Assembly (NCBI GenBank): GCA_958296135.2
Contig: CATQHZ020000001.1
Coordinates: forward strand, 3,744,001-3,808,000
DNA from: an uncultured Poribacteria bacterium
GTDB taxonomy: Bacteria; Poribacteria; WGA-4E; WGA-3G
Direction of reading: 5' to 3'
DNA length: 64,000 nt
A model generated the notes under the pieces. That model made no database searches. It was given only the letters and a program-made list of their open reading frames with translations, and was not told the origin of the DNA. Below, piece after piece: positions 20,506 to 28,787 of the stretch (the stretch's first letter is position 1; each line of letters opens with the position of its first letter). The position numbers and the translations under genes were made by a program.

Positions 20506-21723
20506 TTACGCCGCAAAATCCTTCAGACACTCCTCATACACGCGAAACCGTTCGCCTTCTTGCTCTTCCGCATCGACAAGCTTGAGCCACAGCGCGCTAT
20601 CCTTATGCGCACCGCTCAACTGCCGGCGACTGCCGAGATGCGCCGGATCCGGCCCGCTCCATACCACCTCGCCGCCCTGCAAATAGATGAAATTCCCGCG
20701 ATACCGGTCGATCAGCGATTTCTGGTTCTCCAAATAAACCAGCCCCTGCTCACATGTTGTCCGCCGCCAATTCGCAACCGTTTCAGGGCTATCTGTCTCC
20801 ACTGAATCGAACTCCGCCAACGGCGCGGTAACTTCGCTCGTCCAATCAATCTCGTCAAGGTTTACCGTGCCGTATCCGCGACGCGCAGCGATGAGGATAT
20901 GGTTCCGGTCCCGTTTGAAAGGCGGTGTCGGCCAATCCGACCTCGGGTCGTGCCCCATCAGATGCATGCCGATGGTATCGGTTGCAATGGGATGGTCTCC
21001 TGCAATAAGCGCGTTACAGATTCTGCCTTCGCCGCCCCATTCGCGGCCCCACTGCCCCGTCAGCGCGTCAATGATATTGAGGCACGGCTTCGTTATCAAC
21101 GCAAGATCGGGCAGCACATAAGAGAGACGAATCAGGTGGTGATAATAGCTGCGCGTTCTGCCTTCTGGCAGCAACATCGGCGGCAACCCGAACAGATTCT
21201 TGGTGCATAACGTAATGCCCATGAAGGCATGATTTTTCATTTTCGCCACAGAGACGACAGCATCCGCATCGTCAAAACAAGCACTCAGCGTGTAACGATC
21301 GAACATTGAACCGCCGCCGGGGACATCGTAAACCTTAAACGGTGGCAGGTTAGAATCGACAAAATCCACCCCGAATTCTTTGAGGTGATGTTCATAATTA
21401 AAACCGGGCGGCATCCGATGCCCGTGCGTATATGGATTCGTATCCGTAGCCACAATTTGCGCGCGCGTATGCTCCTTCAGCAGCCGAAACACCGCTCGGC
21501 ACACTGCATCGTCCACCAATTCTCTTCGTCGGCCCTCGTAGTAGATAATCCGCTCGTGCGGCTTCATCATATTCAGTTTGATGACAACCTTGTTAGCCGT
21601 TTCAATGGGTTTCCAGGCGCGTGTCAACGGATCGGTAATCCGGCGCAGCGTCTGATAAATTTCTTCTTCTGTCGCCCGATAATCACAATGCGCCGCCCGC
21701 ACCTTAAACTGTTTTTCCATCAT
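20506..21723 (-). CDS. DUF362 family protein
   Basis: VVIKLN, VSVAKMKNH, TLCTKNLFG, LNIIDAL and HPIATD pattern. Confidence 0.75.
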   Translation of the reverse strand: MMEKQFKVRAAHCDYRATEEEIYQTLRRITDPLTRAWKPIETANKVVIKLNMMKPHERIIYYEGRRRELVDDAVCRAVFRLLKEHTRAQIVATDTNPYTHGHRMPPGFNYEHHLKEFGVDFVDSNLPPFKVYDVPGGGSMFDRYTLSACFDDADAVVSVAKMKNHAFMGITLCTKNLFGLPPMLLPEGRTRSYYHHLIRLSYVLPDLALITKPCLNIIDALTGQWGREWGGEGRICNALIAGDHPIATDTIGMHLMGHDPRSDWPTPPFKRDRNHILIAARRGYGTVNLDEIDWTSEVTAPLAEFDSVETDSPETVANWRRTTCEQGLVYLENQKSLIDRYRGNFIYLQGGEVVWSGPDPAHLGSRRQLSGAHKDSALWLKLVDAEEQEGERFRVYEECLKDFAA

Positions 21724-21807
21724 ATCCCTCGCCTCACAATCTTGTTTCTTTTAAAATAACATCTTGTCCAAAAATTATCAAGACATTTTTTATCTCCTCC
21801 CACGTTA

Positions 21808-21940
21808 AATCCCCCGCGCACCGTCCCGCGCGGTCCTGTCCCACGCAAACACCTGCAGAAACAAAAAACGCCCGCAGCCCGGAGGCCAGGGCGTTTTTGA
21901 TACAATCGACGCACGGCGCGGCACAGGACCGCGCCCTACA
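21808..21940. repeat. About 130-bp REPIN-like element, copy 1
   Basis: Near-identical to 22942-23074 (CACCGTCCCGCG...GCAAACACCTGCAGAAACAAAAAACGCCCGCAGCCCGGAGGCCAGGGCGTTTTTGATA...GGCGCGGCACAGGACCGCGCCCTAC). Confidence 0.85.
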
Positions 21941-22000
21941 GTGAAAAGGGAACGCGGTTTGAGAAATTCTGCATCCCCCGATTTACGGGTGAAAGTGGCG

Positions 22001-22405
22001 TTAAAGTTTCTGCCACTTAAAATGAACCGTCAGTCCAGTTCCATCTGAAGTAGAAAAAGTGAGATAGGTCCCATCCCAAGCATAGGAGGTTGGATCTCCA
22101 TCAAGTGATAAGATCGTTCCATTAGCACTCCAAGAGTAACCTAAGTGGTCAACCTTATCACCTCCATCGAACACGTAATTCATAGACCAGGACCCGCCGC
22201 CGACGTTGAGGTTGAGTTGCCCGAAGAGGTCTGGAGGACGGACAACAATGGAACTTCCATCCACTTCAACCTCTATCTCAGTCGCCGTATACTTTCCGGT
22301 GAGTTCATCCATCGCTTCATCTTCATCGTCTCCGCCGCAGCCGACGAAGGCAATGGCGAACAACGCAACCAGCATTAACGCGAAAACGCGAAAACTATTT
22401 TTCAT
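22001..22405 (-). CDS. Lipoprotein of unknown function (beta-rich, possibly lipocalin-like)
   Basis: MKNSFRVFALMLVALFAIAFVGC lipobox; AAAGGAG SD. Confidence 0.8.
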   Translation of the reverse strand: MKNSFRVFALMLVALFAIAFVGCGGDDEDEAMDELTGKYTATEIEVEVDGSSIVVRPPDLFGQLNLNVGGGSWSMNYVFDGGDKVDHLGYSWSANGTILSLDGDPTSYAWDGTYLTFSTSDGTGLTVHFKWQKL

Positions 22406-22738
22406 CAAAAATCTCCTTTCTCGCACCATGGCGAGCAGTTAAAGAAGCCAGACGCAAAGGCGCGCTTTGGCAGCGCGCAGACAAGAAACTGCGCCTGTCT
22501 TGTGCAACAGAAATAGCCCGTAACGAGATAGAACTCGTACGGGATTGAAGGCAAAACGACGATGGCTACCGACGTTGCCTTGTGAAAATAATGATTAACG
22601 TATGTTACGGGGGGGGGTAAATCGCCCTAACCGATTGTCAAAACAACCGATGGCCTGTGAGGGTGCGAAGGCGCGACACGATGCACTACAGAGGGGTATC
22701 ACCTTTCCGATGTTACGATGGATATGTGCGTTATGCAT
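22405..22738 (-). other. Poly-C-interrupted leader ORF overlapping a structured 5' leader
   Basis: MHNAHIH...GRFTPPRNIR* stops at 22595. The +1 frame after C9 (22609-22617) is open for 67 codons to TGA at 22407-22405, which overlaps the lipoprotein ATG. Confidence 0.6.
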
Positions 22739-22796
22739 AGTTGTCGCGCCTTGAGAGATTTCGGATAGCCGCCGTGCCACCCATTTTTCAATAAGA

Positions 22797-22843
22797 ATTA
22801 TACCACAAAAAAGAATTATACCACAAAAATTTCAATTTGTCAA
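22797..22843 (-). promoter_or_regulatory. Sigma70 promoter with duplicated extended -10
   Basis: TTGACA-17 bp-TATAAT with TGTGG; an 18-bp duplication gives a second TGTGGTATAAT. Confidence 0.8.
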
Positions 22844-22941
22844 ATTTTTTTAATAGAAAATCCCAACGCACACCGTAGCGCGAGGGCCCGGCGATCGCGA
22901 ATCGCCGAGGGTTTCCCACGCGAACGTCCGATCTCCAACGA

Positions 22942-23570
22942 AAATCCCCCACGCACCGTCCCGCGAGGACCTGTCCCACGCAAACACCTGCAGAAACAAA
23001 AAACGCCCGCAGCCCGGAGGCCAGGGCGTTTTTGATATTATCAATGCATGGCGCGGCACAGGACCGCGCCCTACGGTTCAACAGCGGTTTTCTGCGCCCG
23101 CAGCCCGAAGACCCGGGCATTGCCTGATATCATCAATGCATGGCGCGGCACAGGACCGCGCCCTACGGTTCAACAGCGGTTTTCTGCGCCCGCAGCCCGA
23201 AGACCCGGGCATTGCCTGATATCATCAATGCATGGCGCGGCACAGGACCGCGCCCTACGGTTCAACAGCGGTTTTCTGCGCCCGCAGCCCGAAGACCCGG
23301 GCGTCTCCTGATACAATCAATGCATGGCGCGGCACAGGACCGCGCCCTACGGTTCAACAGCGGTTTTCTGCGCCCGCAGCCCGGAGACCCGGGCGTTTCC
23401 TGATACAATCGACGCATGGCGAGGGGAACCCTCGGCGATTCGTGATCGCCGGGCCCTCGCCCTACGGTTCACTCCACGCCCTACGGTTCAACGCAATACA
23501 ATCTGGCCAGAAAACGGCTCACCCTGAACTCGCCCTACGGTTCAACAGCGGTTTTCTGCGCCCGCAGCAA
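22942..23570. repeat. REPIN-like element copy 2 plus 92-bp tandem array
   Basis: Units start at 23048, 23140, 23232 and 23324. Each has a REP hairpin plus CTACGGTTCAACAGCGGTTTTCTGCGCCCGCAGC. Confidence 0.9.
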
Positions 23571-25529
23571 TCGCCGCATCACCTTATTCGATGCAGTCCG
23601 AGGCAAAGCCTCCACTACCACAACCTCATCAATCCGAAACAACGGATTCAGACGCTGACGCAATGCCGCTTGCAACGCTGTGTGAATTTCTGGTATGGAA
23701 ATCGCGCCGAGCGGCACAACATAAATCACCAACCGACTCGGCCCCCCATCCTTCGGCGATACCGCCACCGCCGCCGTTTCCCGAATCCCATCAACGCCGT
23801 TCAGCACCTCCTCAATTTCTGCAGAACTCACCTTAATCCCACTCAAATTCATCGTATCGTCAACGCGCCCATGAATCCGATAATATCCTCTCGCTAGCCG
23901 CTCCAGCGCATCGCCGTGCCGCCGCAGATGCGGCTGAGGCGTTCCGGAAAAATAGACTTCATCATGCGCTGCATTCAGCAAACGCCTTGACAACCCCAGC
24001 GATGGCGGAACAATAAAAACCTCGCCGTTATCCGCAAGATTCCCCTCCTCATCGCAAAGCACAAAATCTAAACCGAGCGCGGCGGTTGTAAACGTCGAAG
24101 GCGCAGCCGGTTGCACGCGCGTACCTGTCACATACGCACCCCCGATTTCTGTCCCACCGCAATATTCAATCACCGGCCGGTAATCAGCCAGCGACATCAA
24201 AAATAGCATCTCCATCGGATTAGAACATTCGCCGGTTGAACTGAAAGCCCGAATCGCGCGCCAATCTAGGCCCTGCATGCAGCCGCTATTTCTCCACGCA
24301 CGCACCAGCGTCGGGACGACACCGAGCATGCTTACCTTCGCGTTCTGCACGAAAATACCGAAATCTCGCCCGGTCGGCACGCCATCGTAAAGGGCAATTG
24401 TGCCCCGATTGATAAGACTCGCATAGATAAGCCAAGGCCCCATCATCCAACCGAGGTTCGTCGGCCACGCGAGAACATCGCCGGGATGAATATCGTGATG
24501 GAGGAAAGCATCCGCCGCGCACTTTATCGGCGTGGTATGCGTCCACGGAATCGCCTTCGGCTCCCCTGTCGTCCCCGACGAAAAGAGGATATTCGTATGC
24601 GCTTCGGGATAACACGGCACCGCCGTAAACGTCTCGCAGGCACTCAGAAAATCCGCCCACGTCAGATCGTTCCTACTCGCGTTTAACTCCGCCGCTGTAT
24701 CCGACAACACAACTGCCCTCGGCGCGTTTGCTGCAACAACCTTCTCATACAACGGCAGCCGTTTCCCACCCCGATCAATAGCATCCTGCGTAAAAACCGC
24801 CTTCGCCTTGCCGATACGAAGCCGCGTCGCAATCTCCGCTGGCGCGAAACTATCGGCAATGGACACTACCGCGCACCCCGCCTTCACAATCCCCAGATAA
24901 ATCGCGACAGATTCCGCATGCATCGGCATATCAACCGCTACTGCATCCCCCGGCTCCAGGCCGAGTGCCACCAGTCCATTTGCAACGCGGTTCGTTAGAC
25001 ATTCCAACTCCTGATAGGTAATGTCTCTCAGCGTCGGATCCGTTTCGCTTCGCGCGATAATCGCAACCGCATCGTCAGGGGCGGTGAAACAACTCGCAAC
25101 GATGTTATAGCGGCTCCCTGTGATGTTCAGGTTTCTACCCGCACTTTCCACCTTGAGGGAAGGGACATGAACCCCCAATGTTTCAATCATCATCTCCCAA
25201 AACGCAGCACGGTTATCCACACTCCACGCATGAAATTCGCGATAGGTCTCTAACTCCAACTTCTCCATCAACTGCGTAATGTTGGCCTGCGCGATATCGG
25301 TTTCAGACGGAAACCAAGCCGGCGGCGTTCCTTGCGTCTCGGCATGCCACGCCGCATACACCCTCTCATACAGCAGTTGATGCACCGCGAACGGATGCCT
25401 CGGCGACAAGATATTGCGTGAAACCTCGCGCCAACACGCCGCCGCCCCCTTTTCCGCCAAAAGCGCGTTCACTGCCTCCACTGCCTCTGCCCCTAATCCA
25501 TAAGCGATGAGTTCTTTCGATGTGAGCAT
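23535..25529 (-). CDS. AMP-binding acyl-CoA synthetase (acetate/acetoacetate-CoA ligase-like)
   Basis: ILFSSGTTGEPK, EYCGGTEIGG, HGRVDDTMN and LPRTASNKVMRR. Confidence 0.9.
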   Translation of the reverse strand: MLTSKELIAYGLGAEAVEAVNALLAEKGAAACWREVSRNILSPRHPFAVHQLLYERVYAAWHAETQGTPPAWFPSETDIAQANITQLMEKLELETYREFHAWSVDNRAAFWEMMIETLGVHVPSLKVESAGRNLNITGSRYNIVASCFTAPDDAVAIIARSETDPTLRDITYQELECLTNRVANGLVALGLEPGDAVAVDMPMHAESVAIYLGIVKAGCAVVSIADSFAPAEIATRLRIGKAKAVFTQDAIDRGGKRLPLYEKVVAANAPRAVVLSDTAAELNASRNDLTWADFLSACETFTAVPCYPEAHTNILFSSGTTGEPKAIPWTHTTPIKCAADAFLHHDIHPGDVLAWPTNLGWMMGPWLIYASLINRGTIALYDGVPTGRDFGIFVQNAKVSMLGVVPTLVRAWRNSGCMQGLDWRAIRAFSSTGECSNPMEMLFLMSLADYRPVIEYCGGTEIGGAYVTGTRVQPAAPSTFTTAALGLDFVLCDEEGNLADNGEVFIVPPSLGLSRRLLNAAHDEVYFSGTPQPHLRRHGDALERLARGYYRIHGRVDDTMNLSGIKVSSAEIEEVLNGVDGIRETAAVAVSPKDGGPSRLVIYVVPLGAISIPEIHTALQAALRQRLNPLFRIDEVVVVEALPRTASNKVMRRLLRAQKTAVEP

Positions 25530-25616
25530 TTGTCTTGATTGTCAGGGCGGATGTCTCTATCCACCCATCGCCATCCCTTTTCCCGTAGCGCGAGGGAAAC
25601 CTGTGCCTCGCCATCC

Positions 25617-26798
25617 TCACATGCCGCTCGACAATTCCCGCAACCGATTCACAACCGCGACAACTTCCTCAGCCACAATATCTACCTCTTCCGCCGTGTT
25701 ATAGCGCCCCAAACCGAAACGCACCGCCGTCACTGCAAGCGCATCAGGAACTCCCATCGCCGTTAGCACATGCGACGGCTTAACCGACTCCGAATCGCAC
25801 GCCGAACCCGTCGATACCGCCACCCGCTTCAGTCCCGACAACAGCGAATGGCTTTGCACCCCTTCAAAACAGAGATTCAAATTGCCGGGCAGCCGCTTCA
25901 CCGGATGCCCATTGAGATGAATATCCGTCAACCGCGCCCGTAGTTTCTCATACAGCCTATCACGCAACATCCCCGTAGGAGAGCCCTCCCGGTCTCGATA
26001 TCCGCCCACCCCGTCTTGACACAATTCACACGCCGCCCCCAAACCGACAATCCCGGCCACATTCAACGTGCCAGGCCGAACCCCCATCTCCTGTCCGCCG
26101 CCATAAAAAAGCGGATGCAACTGTAGCGGCGGATGTCGTTCATATCCGCCCGCGCGAACATACAGCGCGCCGACTCCCTTCGGTCCATACATCTTATGCG
26201 CTGTCAGCGATGCCAAATCCAGGCCCAATTCATCCATATTCGACAGAAGTTTGCCGATGCCCTGCACTGCATCCGAATGAAACAGCACGCCGTGTTTTTT
26301 CGCGATGGCGGCAATATCAGAGATCGGGTTAATCGTGCCGACTTCGTTATTCGCATACATGAAACTCATCAGCACAGTTTTCGGCGTAATCGCGGCTTCC
26401 ACATCGTCCGGATCGACCATCCCGTATTTATCCACAGGTAGATACGTCGTCTCAAACCCTTCCGCCTCCAGGGCGTGGCAAGTATCCAGCACGGCGTGAT
26501 GCTCCGCGGTGCTTGTGATAATGTGATTTTTCCGCGTATGGGCGGTTGCGATGCCGCTGATGGCAAGGTTATCCGATTCTGTCGCGCCGCTCGTAAAAAT
26601 AATCTCCACAGGCGAACATCCGAGCAGCGTCGCGACTTGGACGCGCGCCTTCTCTACTGCATCCTTCGCTGCTGCGCCAAACGGATGCATGCTAGCGGCA
26701 TTCCCGAAATGCGTTGTCAGATAAGGCATCATCGCTTCCAGCACTTCAGGCGCGACCGGCGTTGTCGCATGGTTGTCCATGTAGATGATGTCTGTCAC
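25617..26798 (-). CDS. iscS: Cysteine desulfurase, IscS/NifS type
   Basis: YMDNHATT, FTSGATESDN, HSDAVQ, AHKMYGPKG and STGSAC. Confidence 0.9.
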   Translation of the reverse strand: MTDIIYMDNHATTPVAPEVLEAMMPYLTTHFGNAASMHPFGAAAKDAVEKARVQVATLLGCSPVEIIFTSGATESDNLAISGIATAHTRKNHIITSTAEHHAVLDTCHALEAEGFETTYLPVDKYGMVDPDDVEAAITPKTVLMSFMYANNEVGTINPISDIAAIAKKHGVLFHSDAVQGIGKLLSNMDELGLDLASLTAHKMYGPKGVGALYVRAGGYERHPPLQLHPLFYGGGQEMGVRPGTLNVAGIVGLGAACELCQDGVGGYRDREGSPTGMLRDRLYEKLRARLTDIHLNGHPVKRLPGNLNLCFEGVQSHSLLSGLKRVAVSTGSACDSESVKPSHVLTAMGVPDALAVTAVRFGLGRYNTAEEVDIVAEEVVAVVNRLRELSSGM

Positions 26799-26839
26799 GA
26801 GGGTGTCTCCTTTTTGGTGCGATAATCCGTTTGGAACAT

Positions 26840-27070
26840 AGAGCGGGGGCCGTTACGGTCACGCCTACAGAAAACGTGCGTGTGTCGCCTCGCGAAAGCA
26901 CGGTCACGCCTACAGAAAACGTGCGTGTGTCGCCTCGCGAAAGCACGCTACCTTACTTTAACTCTGTCATCTCTGCAGCGAGGCTGCAGAGATGTCCACT
27001 GTCTCCCGCGTGCGCCGTGGCATGCCGAGGAAAACCCTCGGCGATTCGCTATCGCCGGGCCATCGCCCTG
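26840..27070. repeat. Nested REP-like composite element with internal 45-bp duplication
   Basis: Reverse copy of the element at 11405-11540; ACGGTCACGCCTACAGAAAACGTGCGTGTGTCGCCTCGCGAAAGC occurs twice. Confidence 0.8.
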
Positions 27071-27107
27071 CGGACAGGAAGACAAATTTTTATCGTCGTC
27101 AAACACA

Positions 27108-28145
27108 CTACAACCGCTCGCGGAACATCGCCATCATTCCATCCGGCGGATCGAACGGTAATTCGACTACCGTATTCGTCAATCCGCTATAATAAATCCC
27201 CAACAGCAGATTGAATTCCGCCAGCGATTGCGGCAAATGCGTCGGATGCACCTTGCTCTCATCGTCCAACCACTCAAGCAACGCATCGGTGAGGCCGCCC
27301 TGCGCGATGACATCCTGCGCGCCGTAACTCAGGTCGCCGCCTTCATAACCGCCTACGGGAGTGCTGCGTTCCCAACTCTCAAACCGCCAGTGGACGAACC
27401 CATGTTCGCCGAACACACAGACCCGCTTATGCCGATTGTTGCCGGTATCCGGCAGCACGCGCGGTGCCATCTCCGGCCCGAAGGCGACCGAGGCTTGCAC
27501 GCCGTTCGCATAAGTGACTAACGCTGTCGCATTGGCAGGCGAAGGTTGCGCGCCATCCAACTGCCCTGCCCCCGAAATTTGCCCATGCACTTTCACCGGA
27601 CGCGAGTTATCAATATAAGACGACACCAATTGCAACACGTGCGGTGCCTGATCGACAGGCGGATTCCGCGCGCTCGCCTCTATAAACTTAATCGCGCCGA
27701 TCTGCCCCTCCGCCACATCTCGCTTCAACGCAAGGTTCTGCGGATGGAAATTGAGCTGCGTATTGACAACAAACTTCGTTTTGGTGCGCTGCGAGAGCTC
27801 GGAGATCTGCCGCCAATCCTCACTCTCCACTGCAATCGGTTTCTCGACAATCGCCGCCGGCACCCCGTGCTCGGATGCCTGATGCATCAGCGGGTATCGG
27901 ATACGTTCGTTCGTGCCGCGCAGCACCGGCGCAGTCACGATGTGTAACAGATCCGGCTTTTCCTTGGTGAGCATCTCATCGAGAGCGGTGTATCGGGCAC
28001 TGATGCCAAATTCATCACCGAAATCGTTGAGAAGCTCTTCATTCATATCGCAAATCGCGGCCAGTTTTCCGCGTTTGACGTGTTCGTAAGCGCGGGCGTG
28101 TCCCCTTGCACGCCCCCTGCACCCCAAAATCGCACTTTTATACAT
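27108..28145 (-). CDS. Gfo/Idh/MocA family oxidoreductase
   Basis: AILGCRGRA, AAICD, PDLLHIVT and VEKP; GGAGG SD. Confidence 0.85.
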   Translation of the reverse strand: MYKSAILGCRGRARGHARAYEHVKRGKLAAICDMNEELLNDFGDEFGISARYTALDEMLTKEKPDLLHIVTAPVLRGTNERIRYPLMHQASEHGVPAAIVEKPIAVESEDWRQISELSQRTKTKFVVNTQLNFHPQNLALKRDVAEGQIGAIKFIEASARNPPVDQAPHVLQLVSSYIDNSRPVKVHGQISGAGQLDGAQPSPANATALVTYANGVQASVAFGPEMAPRVLPDTGNNRHKRVCVFGEHGFVHWRFESWERSTPVGGYEGGDLSYGAQDVIAQGGLTDALLEWLDDESKVHPTHLPQSLAEFNLLLGIYYSGLTNTVVELPFDPPDGMMAMFRERL

Positions 28146-28219
28146 TCGGTTCCTCCGTATCCACATTCCTAATTTGTGTTGATGATACCACAGAAGCAAT
28201 TTTAAAGCAACAACGCGAA

Positions 28220-28530
28220 ACGTAGGGCGGCCGCTCGTCCATGTCTGTCGCCAGGCATCGAAATCGCTACCCCCTCACCGTAGCGCGAGAGCCTGTCCCA
28301 CCGATTGGGGCGGCAATAAGCGCGCCCTCCCTGCTCAATACTCCCGGTAGGAGAGACCTCCCGCGTCTCGATGCTCCCCGGTAGTCGCGCCCTCCCTGCC
28401 TCGATGCGCCCCGGTAGGAGAGACCTCCTGGTCTCGATGCTTCACCGTAGGACGCGGTCTTGTCCCTCGTCATGCATCGACCTTCCCTTTCACCCTCATG
28501 CGAGGCCCCTCGCCATGCCGCGGTCGTCCC
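28220..28530. repeat. REP-like cluster
   Basis: Several GTAG-hairpin units, including GTAGGAGAGACCTCC..GTCTCGATG. Confidence 0.75.
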
Positions 28531-28787
28531 AGGAAACGTCCGTGATGCCGGGTCGCCGACAGTTTCATTACGGTTTTCGTCTGTCTGAATCAGGATGGAC
28601 AAGATGATAGGGCCTTGCAGCATAAAAATGGCTTGACCTGTAACCGCAAGATGTGTTAACATCTCCATGAAGGCTATAGACATGCCGCCGCGCCGCGCGT
28701 CTGTTGCTTCTTGTTTGAAGGTGTCTATCTAAAAGAAACTCAGTCTGAGTCTTGCGTTGACGCAGACTTCATGAGGAGGATAAGTTT

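Noticed and set aside
22440-22585. c-di-GMP-I riboswitch
   Set aside because: GACGCAAAG and GGCAAA fragments are on the strand opposite the gene and in the wrong order.
23035-23420. CRISPR array
   Set aside because: The spacers are near-identical rather than unique, the period is 92 bp, and there are no cas genes. The same applies to the arrays at 10.9-11.4, 30.7, 37.4 and 48.5 kb.
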